This document shows positions 19,007-27,057 of a DNA stretch of 64,000 nucleotides, one piece after another. Within the stretch, counting starts at the first letter, position 1; every line of letters begins with the position of its first letter. Where the stretch lies: contig CAJXSL010000003.1 in the NCBI GenBank assembly GCA_913060875.1, forward strand, positions 85,045 through 149,044. Direction: 5' to 3'. This stretch comes from an uncultured Desulfobacteraceae bacterium. GTDB lineage: Bacteria; Desulfobacterota; Desulfobacteria; Desulfobacterales; UBA5852. Under the pieces are notes generated by a model. The model was not told where the DNA came from. It saw nothing but the letters and a program-made list of their open reading frames with translations, and did not search any database. A program made the position numbers and the translations under genes.

Positions 19007-19030
19007 AGGGGCACGGCGCGCCGTGCCCCT
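19007..19030. repeat. 24-nt perfect GC palindrome, copy 2
   Basis: Identical to 15389..15412. It lies in the divergent intergenic region between 18817 (-) and 19236 (+). Confidence 0.75.
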
Positions 19031-19125
19031 AGATTGTCCGGCCCCCTGCCAGGCAGATCGCATTATACCCTACCAGGTTTCCGGATTTTGCAAGAATATT
19101 CATTTGATTTACGTTTGTTTTTGCG

Positions 19126-19154
19126 TTTATTTTCCTGCCCGGCAGGAAAATAAA
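19126..19154. promoter_or_regulatory. 29-bp perfect palindrome (13-bp arms, 3-nt centre) upstream of the acyl-CoA synthetase gene; possible operator or hairpin
   Basis: tttattttcctgc ccg gcaggaaaataaa, about 80 nt upstream of the ATG at 19236. Confidence 0.4.
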
Positions 19155-19235
19155 ATTCTATGTTATCGGCTATCTCAAAATCAGGATTTTGGTCGAGGGA
19201 CAGCGGTTAAACACACGCAATAAAGGAATCGTGGC

Positions 19236-21344
19236 ATGGAGTTCTTTTTTAACCCGCGTGGCATTGCAGTCATCGGGGCAACGGCGGATCAGCGCAAAGG
19301 CGGCAACATCATCATATCCAATCTACAGAAAGGCTATGATGGAAGAATCTATCCGGTCACCCCCCGTTATGAGGAAGTCAACGGGCTTGCTTGCTATGCC
19401 AGCGTTTTGGATGTGCCGGACCCGGTGGATATGGCCATTGTATATGTGAGCGCCAAGTTGGTACCGCAAATAATCGCGGATTGCGGCCAACGGGGCATCG
19501 GCGGCGCGATGCTGGAATCCGCGGGCTTTTCCGAGGCTGGTCCTGAAGGAGCGGCCCTTCAGGAGGAAACCGCAAAAATCGCCCGGAAGACCGGGGTCAG
19601 ACTCTGGGGCCCCAATTGCATGGGGTTGGTGGACGCTGTCAATCGCAATGTCTTCTCAACCGTGGCCCCTTCCATCTGGAGCGCCGGGATGACGCCCGGC
19701 AACGTCTCGCTCATCGCGCAGAGCGGCATGCTGGCGGGTGCCTTTCTCATCGACATCATGACCCACGGGGCCGCCGGCATCAGCAAAGTCTGTTCCATCG
19801 GCAATAAAATGGACGTCCATGAAGGCGACCTCCTGGAATACCTGCTGGATGATCCGCTCACCGGTGCCATTGGCATGTACCTCGAGTCCATCGTAGACGG
19901 CCCGCGTTTCATGGCCCTATGCCGAAAATCCACCAAGCCCATTGTGGTGCTGAAAGGCGGAAAAAGCGCCCAAGGGGCTGAGGCAGCCTTGAGCCATACC
20001 GCCAGCATGGCCGGGCAAGGCGCCGTGGTCAGCGGCGCCTTGCGTCAAGCCGGTGTGGTGGAGGCCAATGACTTCTACCAGATGATGGATTTGTGCCGCG
20101 CCCTGGGGGCCTATCCGGACCTGCCGGCCGACACGCAAAACCGGGTGGCCGTCTTGACCTACAGCGGCGGCGCCGGGATTGTCTCAACCGATTTTCTGGA
20201 ATCCCAGGGCCTTGTGCTGGGCGACCTAGGCTCTGGATCCATTGACATTCTCCAGTCGGTCTACCCGGAATGGATGCCACCGAAAAATCCCATGGATCTT
20301 TGGCCGGGCATCATCGGCAATGGGACGGTAAAAGTTTACAACGAAGCCGTGCGGGCTGCTTGCGCCGACCACGGGATCGACGGCATTTTGGCCCATTGCT
20401 TTGTGGGCGGCTTTGGCCTGGAACCGGACCTTCCCACCATGGCCCGCCTGGCCAGGGAAGCCGGAAAGCCTCTGGTCTGCTGGATTTCAGGGGAGCGGAA
20501 AGCCGTTCATGATTTCCAGGTGCAAGCCCAAAAGCTACACGTGCCGGTGTTCCGGGAGGTATTCCGATCGGTGGAATGCCTGGGTGCGATCCTGAACAAT
20601 CCCCAAAAAGGTTTATCCGTGCCTGAAAGCGTGGGGGCGCCTTTAGACCGTGAGAGGCTGGCCTCCCTGCTCGCGGGATGCAGCGGCAGCCTGGATGAAT
20701 TTCAGTCGACGCAGATCCTGGCGGCCATGGGAATCCCTGTTCTGGATGAAACGTTGACGGCATCCGCCGGCGAAGCCTGCCGGGCCGCCGAAGCGATGGG
20801 GTTTCCCGTGGTGATGAAAGGCGTCGACCCCAAGATCATCCACAAGACCGAGGCCAACCTGGTCCGATTGGATATCGCGTCGTCGCAGGAGGTGAAACGC
20901 GTGTTTGGCGAACTGGCCGCCGCCATGGGGGACCAGGGCAAGGTCCTGGTTCAAGCCCAGATAAAAGATGGCCTGGAGCTGATTGTGGGGTTGGTGCGCG
21001 ATCCCCAGTTCGGCCCCTGCGTGATGTGCGGATTGGGCGGCGTTATGGCGGAGCTGCTGGAAGACCGGGTATTTGCCGCAGCCCCGCTTACCCATCAAGA
21101 TGCCCTGGCCCTCATCGGCCGGCTCAAATCCCAAGCGCTGATCGATGGTTTCAGGGGGGGCCAAGCGGTGGACAGGGATGCCCTGGCGGCCATTTTAGTC
21201 CGCTTGGCCCAGCTGGGGCTTGCCAGTCCCCAAGTTTTGGAAATAGACATCAATCCATTGATCGTCGCCGATGGGCGGCCCGTGGCCGTGGATGCGACCA
21301 TTGTATTGCAAAAAGCGTCCCACCTTTTTGGGCAACTATCGTGA
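19236..21344 (+). CDS. ADP-forming acetyl/acyl-CoA synthetase family protein (CoA-binding + ATP-grasp)
   Basis: 702 aa. The N-terminus is a CoA-binding domain (FFNPRGIAVIGAT, GPNCMGL, SQSG). The C-terminus is an ATP-grasp domain (FPVVMKG...). Confidence 0.9.
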   Translation: MEFFFNPRGIAVIGATADQRKGGNIIISNLQKGYDGRIYPVTPRYEEVNGLACYASVLDVPDPVDMAIVYVSAKLVPQIIADCGQRGIGGAMLESAGFSEAGPEGAALQEETAKIARKTGVRLWGPNCMGLVDAVNRNVFSTVAPSIWSAGMTPGNVSLIAQSGMLAGAFLIDIMTHGAAGISKVCSIGNKMDVHEGDLLEYLLDDPLTGAIGMYLESIVDGPRFMALCRKSTKPIVVLKGGKSAQGAEAALSHTASMAGQGAVVSGALRQAGVVEANDFYQMMDLCRALGAYPDLPADTQNRVAVLTYSGGAGIVSTDFLESQGLVLGDLGSGSIDILQSVYPEWMPPKNPMDLWPGIIGNGTVKVYNEAVRAACADHGIDGILAHCFVGGFGLEPDLPTMARLAREAGKPLVCWISGERKAVHDFQVQAQKLHVPVFREVFRSVECLGAILNNPQKGLSVPESVGAPLDRERLASLLAGCSGSLDEFQSTQILAAMGIPVLDETLTASAGEACRAAEAMGFPVVMKGVDPKIIHKTEANLVRLDIASSQEVKRVFGELAAAMGDQGKVLVQAQIKDGLELIVGLVRDPQFGPCVMCGLGGVMAELLEDRVFAAAPLTHQDALALIGRLKSQALIDGFRGGQAVDRDALAAILVRLAQLGLASPQVLEIDINPLIVADGRPVAVDATIVLQKASHLFGQLS

Positions 21345-21381
21345 TATGTAAAATTCAATTCCGCTACGGGGAGATTCAGGT

Positions 21382-22734
21382 GTGTATCATCGAATATTAA
21401 ACATATTTATTGCAACACAGAATCCTCAGCTTGAGACGCTGCTTCGGGACACCCCACCGATTGATAGATTCTCATATCAGTTTTCCTGTCATCCGGATGT
21501 CGATGAAGCTGACCTGAAAGGGTGTAGGGTCATCGTTCTCGATTTCGAAGACGACAACCCCATATCCCTGGAAAACATTCTCGCAGCCAAAGATGAGCAG
21601 GCCGTTGTTATCGGTTGTTTTTCAGCCGATAGCTTTCCAGTCCTGGCAGAAAATTACCCGCTATTCGACCAGATCTGGATCAAGCCATTTGTTGAAGATA
21701 AGGTCCGGTCTTCTTTCACCGGGATACTGAATCGTATGAAAGAAAAGGAGGATTCGGTACTTACCCGAAAATATCTGGACACGCTGATAGACAGCCTGCC
21801 CGACTTGATCTGGTTCAAGGATGCCAAGGGAGCTCATTTTAAAGTCAACAACAGCTTCTGCCGGGCTGTAAATAAAACAAAGGCCCAGATTCAAGGCCGT
21901 GGGCATTACTATATCTGGGATCTTGAGCCGGATGAATATGCCCAGGGGGAATATGTTTGCCTGGAATCAGAAGAGGTTGTTCTCAACAAAAAGGAAACCT
22001 GCCTTTTCGACGAAACCGTGAAATGCGGTAATGAACTCCGCAAGTTCAAAACGTACAAATCACCCATCTTCGACACCGATGGCCGCGTTATTGGCACTGT
22101 CGGATTTGCCCATGATGTGACCGACCTGCAAAACCTGCTGATTGAATTGAATATCCTGATTGAAAGCCTGCCGTTTGCCGTCATGATCACGGACAAGGAC
22201 AGAACAATTACCAGCGTCAATCAGAGATTTATTGACAATTTTATGCTAGACCGCGCAGAAGTGGTCGGTAAGCCGGTCGATTCTCTCCTTGATGAGGAGA
22301 CCAGGACCTTCACCCGGAGCAAAAGATGGATTGTCGAGCGGGAAAAAGAAAGCATCCGGCTCCTTTCTGAAGACAGGGTCCTGAAAATTCACGAAGAGAA
22401 GCTTCTGGATGTATTCGGCATACTGGCTGGCTATATCCAACTTTTTATGGACATCACCCTTGAACATCGGCTGCGTGAAGAAAAAACGAAGCTCGAAGAG
22501 GCGCTTGCCGAAATAAAAAAATTGAGCGGGATGCTCCCCATTTGCGCTTCCTGTAAAAAGATCCGGGATGATAAAGGGTACTGGACACAGATAGAATCCT
22601 ATATCAGCCAACACTCCGACACACAATTCAGTCACGGAATCTGCCCCGACTGCGCTAAGAAGCTTTATGGCGACCTGTATCAAGAGGCCGCTTCGAGCAG
22701 AGGCGCGAGCCAGACCGAGGATGACGGATCGTAA
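21382..22734 (+). CDS. Signal-transduction protein: receiver-like N-terminus, two PAS-like domains, coiled coil, Cys/His-rich C-terminal module
   Basis: GTG start, 450 aa. PAS-like blocks include LIDSLPDLIWFKDAKG and LIESLPFAVMITDKDRTI. The C-terminus reads PICASCKKIRDDKGYWTQIESYISQHSDTQFSHGICPDCAKKLYG. The gene is visibly AT-richer than its neighbours. Confidence 0.75.
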   Translation: MYHRILNIFIATQNPQLETLLRDTPPIDRFSYQFSCHPDVDEADLKGCRVIVLDFEDDNPISLENILAAKDEQAVVIGCFSADSFPVLAENYPLFDQIWIKPFVEDKVRSSFTGILNRMKEKEDSVLTRKYLDTLIDSLPDLIWFKDAKGAHFKVNNSFCRAVNKTKAQIQGRGHYYIWDLEPDEYAQGEYVCLESEEVVLNKKETCLFDETVKCGNELRKFKTYKSPIFDTDGRVIGTVGFAHDVTDLQNLLIELNILIESLPFAVMITDKDRTITSVNQRFIDNFMLDRAEVVGKPVDSLLDEETRTFTRSKRWIVEREKESIRLLSEDRVLKIHEEKLLDVFGILAGYIQLFMDITLEHRLREEKTKLEEALAEIKKLSGMLPICASCKKIRDDKGYWTQIESYISQHSDTQFSHGICPDCAKKLYGDLYQEAASSRGASQTEDDGS

Positions 22735-22744
22735 TCAAAGATCA

Positions 22745-23077
22745 GGGTCGGACCAAACTAACCCATTGCCACAACAGTAAAATATCGAAAAACTTGGCCT
22801 CAAAGCGTCCTTAGAAGTGTTGTTCTACCCATCAAACTGCAAATCTAACAGATAGCCTGTGGAAGCAAGATATTCGTGGAAAAGGTAAAAGGACAATTGA
22901 AGGGCCGCGCACTTGGCAGGCGAACCATGGAAGTCAACGATTCAGGGGTTCCATTGAAAGGGGGGAGTATACCTTAGACGGGTGATTTTCGCCTCAAAAC
23001 CAGCCGTCTAAGCAATAAAACATAGGGAAATTTTGTAATTTACAACACGATTTCAGCAACTTGATCTGGTCCGACCC
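22745..23077. repeat. ORF-less ~333-bp segment bounded by 11-bp inverted repeats (gggtcggacca / tggtccgaccc)
   Basis: The inverted repeats are at 22745..22755 and 23067..23077. An internal hairpin pairs cttagacgg with ccgtctaag. It is followed by the tandem ccaattatcca x2 and the 43-bp gene-fragment copy. Confidence 0.35.
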
Positions 23078-23096
23078 AATTATCCACCCAATTATC

Positions 23097-23139
23097 CAAG
23101 GATGACGCCGATGCAAAGCTCGTTGCCGGCAAAAACGAT
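23097..23139. repeat. Second copy of the 43-bp fragment of gene 16523..18817
   Basis: Exact match to 18691..18733. Here it lies in non-coding, AT-rich sequence, and the reading frame ends in a stop just beyond the copy. Confidence 0.85.
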
Positions 23140-23327
23140 TCGATCAATCCGATGCGAATCAAGCCAAGCTCCCCAAAAAGGCCAATTTATAATATGATAT
23201 CGGTTAGCATATGCCATACGATGCGTGACCTGTCCCTATAAAAAAACAGGCAGCATCCCATGATAGTTTGTCTGGTGGAGGCCATGTCAACGACCTGTTA
23301 CTGACCGTAGAATCAAAGGCCATTCAG

Positions 23328-24356
23328 ATGCATATTAATCCACACCGTATCCCCCTTCGCTACTGGATTTTGATGAGCGTGTTCCTGTTCTGCTGGAATG
23401 CGGCATCGCCCATTGAGGCTAATCAGGGCATGGATATCCGGCAGGCCGTATACTTGATTGAAAGTGGCAAACCAAGCGAAGCTATCGAGCTGCTGTCGCG
23501 AATGATCGATGAAAATGACCAAAGGCTTGACACCTATACGATTAGAGGTGCCGCTTATTATGAGATGGGAGGCTTCACCAAGGCCATCCAGGATTTTACT
23601 CGTGCCATCGAACTAAACTCCCGTTGCGCAAAATGCTATTACGCCCGCTGCCGAGCATACGAGAGGTTGAACGACCTGCAGAAAGCGTATGAAGATATTT
23701 CACAGGCCATCAAAATCGAACCGAAAGCATCCGAACTCTATTTCAAAAGAGGTTGGATTGCCCTGATGAAAAACCCTTCTTCCGGTGAGAGCGTTGAGGA
23801 TATTTCCAAAGCCATGGAGTTGGATCCCGACCAGACCCTGCGGGGCCTGCGTGCCCGTGGTATGGCGTTTGAATTTAGCGGTAATTATAATTCGGCCTTG
23901 AAAGATTATATGGAAATCGAGCGCCTGGGTCAGGCGGATACGAATTTATATTTCAAGATTGCCAGTCTGAGTCGTTTTACTCAAAATAAATCTCAAGAAG
24001 TACTGTACTTCGAAAAAGGAATGGCGAGTTTTGCAAAAGCTGAAACGGCAGGACGAACGGAGGTGGCACATTACATTGATATTGGCCAACACTTTCAGAA
24101 TGAGGAAGAAGATATTGAGAAGGCCTTGGAATACTACAAAAGGGGACTCAGGCATTATCCCGAGGACGCCATGCTCCACATTCTAATTGCAAAAGCATAT
24201 GCAGCTAAGGGTGATAAGCCAAATGCCCTCACGCATATTGAAAAAGCAAAAGCAATCCACATATCGGCTGTAGAATTCATCCGGAGTGTGATAAATGATT
24301 CCGCTTGGGATAGCATCCGTGATACAGATGAATTTAAGGACCTACTCGACCTATAA
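23328..24356 (+). CDS. Secreted TPR-repeat protein
   Basis: Multiple TPR-like repeats (e.g. AIELNSRCAKCYYARCRAYERLNDLQKAYEDISQAIKIEP). I prefer the start at MHINPHRIPLRYWILMSVFLFCWNAASPIEA, which is signal-peptide-like. AT-rich gene. Confidence 0.75.
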   Translation: MHINPHRIPLRYWILMSVFLFCWNAASPIEANQGMDIRQAVYLIESGKPSEAIELLSRMIDENDQRLDTYTIRGAAYYEMGGFTKAIQDFTRAIELNSRCAKCYYARCRAYERLNDLQKAYEDISQAIKIEPKASELYFKRGWIALMKNPSSGESVEDISKAMELDPDQTLRGLRARGMAFEFSGNYNSALKDYMEIERLGQADTNLYFKIASLSRFTQNKSQEVLYFEKGMASFAKAETAGRTEVAHYIDIGQHFQNEEEDIEKALEYYKRGLRHYPEDAMLHILIAKAYAAKGDKPNALTHIEKAKAIHISAVEFIRSVINDSAWDSIRDTDEFKDLLDL

Positions 24357-24641
24357 TAGGTATTTTTAAAGAGGACTGCTTCTGTTCTAATCCATGATCG
24401 CTGAATCGAAAAGCAAGAGGCCAAGGTTTTTTACTTATCCCTTGACCCTTTATTTCATCCCAGCATCATCCCTCTCCTTGAGCAGCGTCCTGTAAAGAAC
24501 GATCGCGAACAGGCCGAGGAAGGGGGTTTATGTTTTTATGCTTTTCTAATCCTGCCTGAATTACGCACCTTCAATCATACCCACCAATCCAGCATGGGGG
24601 TAGAGGGAACATGCTATGGTCCCTCCGGTTCCTATACGCCT

Positions 24642-26927
24642 TCATGCCCTATCGCTGCCCCAGGCCCAATCCGTCCTCACCTTTTCGACCTGTGCGACGG
24701 TAGCGGCCGACAGCAACTGCCGGGCATACTCTTCGGCCTTGGTTACCGACATGGCGCGGATGGTTCGTTGCAGGGCGGGTAGGAATTGGGGGTCCACGCT
24801 TAACCGCCGGAGGCCGACGCCGATCAGGAACGGCACGAAATCCTTCTGGTGGGCCACTTCACCGCATACGGAGACCGGCACCTGGTGATCCGCCGCCCGT
24901 TGAATGATGCGGGCCAGGGCGCGCAGGACGGATGGGTGGTAGGGCTGGTAGTAGGCCGCAACGTGTTTGTTCGCGCGGTCGGCCGCCAGCATGTACTGGG
25001 TGAAGTCGTTGGTGCCGATGGAGAGAAAATCAACCTCCCGGGCAAGTTCATCGATGATCTCGACCATGGCGGGCAATTCGATCATGGCGCCCAGCTTGGG
25101 TTCGCGATGATGCGGCAGTTTCTCATTGGTCAGCGCCGCAATGGCCTGCCGGACGGTCTGACGCGCGGTCCGGAATTCATCGATGGAGGAAACCATGGGG
25201 AACATGATGCCCAATGATGGGGCGTGCACGCCGGCCCGCAAAATGGCCCGGATTTGTTGGTCGAAGATCTCGCGGTGTCTCAATGAGAATCGAATGGAGC
25301 GCAATCCGAGCTCCGGGTTGTCTTCCTGGAGCATATCCAGATAGGGGAGTATTTTGTCACCGCCCACATCCAGCGTTCTTATCCAGACCGGGCGCTGGGC
25401 CATCTTGTTGAACAGCCGCTCATAGACCAGCCGCTGCTCTTCTTCCGAGGGCAGGTCGGAACGGACGATAAACGGAAATTCCGACCGATATAGGCCGATG
25501 CCTTCGGCTTTCAGCTCCAGGGCCAGGTCGAGCTCGCTCAGCAGGTTGATATTGGCCATCAGGTGGACACGCGCGTTGTCCCGGGTCCGGGTTTCAGGGA
25601 CCATCTTGACCCCGCGGCCGGCGGTTTTCCGGAGGGCCCGGTTGCGCTGGTCGTACTGCCGGCGGACTTCCTCGGAAGGATCGACATACAAGGTCCCGAC
25701 ATCGGCATCCATGAGAACCAGGGTGTTATCGGGGACCTTCAGTAAATTGGCATACATGGCGATGATGGTGGGAATATTCAGGGAACGGGCAATGATGGCG
25801 ACATGGGAGGTGACGCCGCCCCCGGCCAGGATAAGGCCGGCCACCGACTCGGAGGCCAGCTTGAGAATATCCGAGGGATAAAGCTGGGTGGCGATGACGA
25901 TGCGGCCATCCATGGGGCTCTGGCCTGTCGTCGGGTTCTTGCGCAGGTTGAACAGCAGCCGCCGCACCAGGTCTTCGACATCTTTTGATTTCTCCCGGAT
26001 ATAGGCGTTGGGGCTTTTTTCGAACAAGTCGATGACATGGCGGGCCGCATGGCGAATTGCCGCCGGTGCGGGCAGCCCGTCGGTGATGAGCTGCGTGATC
26101 TGTTGAACGAACCGGGTATCCTTCAGAATCATGTGGTGGGCCTCGAAGATCAACACCGCGCTTTCCGGCAGCCGTTGAACCATTTGTTCCTGAAGCTGCC
26201 TGAGCTGGCCGATGGTTTTGGCCATGGCGGCGCGGAAATCCTCGAGCCCGGCATTGAATTGGTCATCGGCCACATCTTCCATCAGGGGGTCGGAGGAACG
26301 CATGGTCATGGCCGGTGCCAGGGCAAACCCATTGACGGCGGCTTCGCCTTTAAACATTTGCATGCCTTCGGGCATGGTTGGGGCGTCGGCCGGAGTGGCC
26401 GCATGGTTGAGCGTCATCATCATGCGCGCATTGGCAATGGTGCCGGCCAATTGGGCGGCGATGGCTTTGAGCGCCATCACATCCGCCGGGTTGAAGTAAT
26501 TGGCGTCGGTGTGCTGGACAACGAGAACACCCGTTTTTTCAGAGCCGTAGCTGATGGGAACCGACAGGAAGGATTGGAAGCGCTCCTCCTTGGAAGTTTC
26601 AAAATATTTGAAGCGCGGGTTGCGGCTGGCCTCACCTTCGCAAACCGGCGCCATTTGTTCGAGGGTCCAGCCCACCAACCCCTCGCCGATTTCCATCCGC
26701 ACCCGCCCCACCGAATCGGGATGCAGCCCCACCGTGGCTTTGAGTACCAAAGTGCCCGAGTTGGCTTCCAAGAGGTAGATAGATCCAACATCGGCGTTCA
26801 AGTGCGAAGCCACGAGGTGAACCACCTGCTGCAGAAAGTTGTCGATGTCTTTGCTTTCCGACATCAGGTTGGACAGTTCGCTGATGTCGCAAATCAAGCT
26901 CAGGTGCTCTCTTTTGGGATTCGCCAT
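24642..26927 (-). CDS. ptsP: GAF-domain phosphoenolpyruvate-protein phosphotransferase (EI-Ntr type)
   Basis: 761 aa with an N-terminal GAF domain followed by PTS enzyme I domains. These carry the phospho-His region GGVTSHVAIIARSLNIPT and the PEP-utilizing C-terminus FLSIGTNDFTQY. Confidence 0.95.
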   Translation of the reverse strand: MANPKREHLSLICDISELSNLMSESKDIDNFLQQVVHLVASHLNADVGSIYLLEANSGTLVLKATVGLHPDSVGRVRMEIGEGLVGWTLEQMAPVCEGEASRNPRFKYFETSKEERFQSFLSVPISYGSEKTGVLVVQHTDANYFNPADVMALKAIAAQLAGTIANARMMMTLNHAATPADAPTMPEGMQMFKGEAAVNGFALAPAMTMRSSDPLMEDVADDQFNAGLEDFRAAMAKTIGQLRQLQEQMVQRLPESAVLIFEAHHMILKDTRFVQQITQLITDGLPAPAAIRHAARHVIDLFEKSPNAYIREKSKDVEDLVRRLLFNLRKNPTTGQSPMDGRIVIATQLYPSDILKLASESVAGLILAGGGVTSHVAIIARSLNIPTIIAMYANLLKVPDNTLVLMDADVGTLYVDPSEEVRRQYDQRNRALRKTAGRGVKMVPETRTRDNARVHLMANINLLSELDLALELKAEGIGLYRSEFPFIVRSDLPSEEEQRLVYERLFNKMAQRPVWIRTLDVGGDKILPYLDMLQEDNPELGLRSIRFSLRHREIFDQQIRAILRAGVHAPSLGIMFPMVSSIDEFRTARQTVRQAIAALTNEKLPHHREPKLGAMIELPAMVEIIDELAREVDFLSIGTNDFTQYMLAADRANKHVAAYYQPYHPSVLRALARIIQRAADHQVPVSVCGEVAHQKDFVPFLIGVGLRRLSVDPQFLPALQRTIRAMSVTKAEEYARQLLSAATVAQVEKVRTDWAWGSDRA

Positions 26928-27057
26928 GCATCGCTCTTTCAGTGGTTCGCCGCCCGTTGGGCCAGTGAGGGGTTTCTAAGGTTTTATGATTTGGTCATCA
27001 AGCTTGAAAGGCTCATCGCCCTTATACCCCACCACGCCGGCAAAGGAAACGAAGTGG

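Noticed and set aside
21350-24600. Calling the AT-rich patch a bona fide mobile genomic island
   Set aside because: No integrase, transposase, tRNA attachment site or phage gene is visible. I report only the compositional anomaly and repeats, not a defined mobile element.
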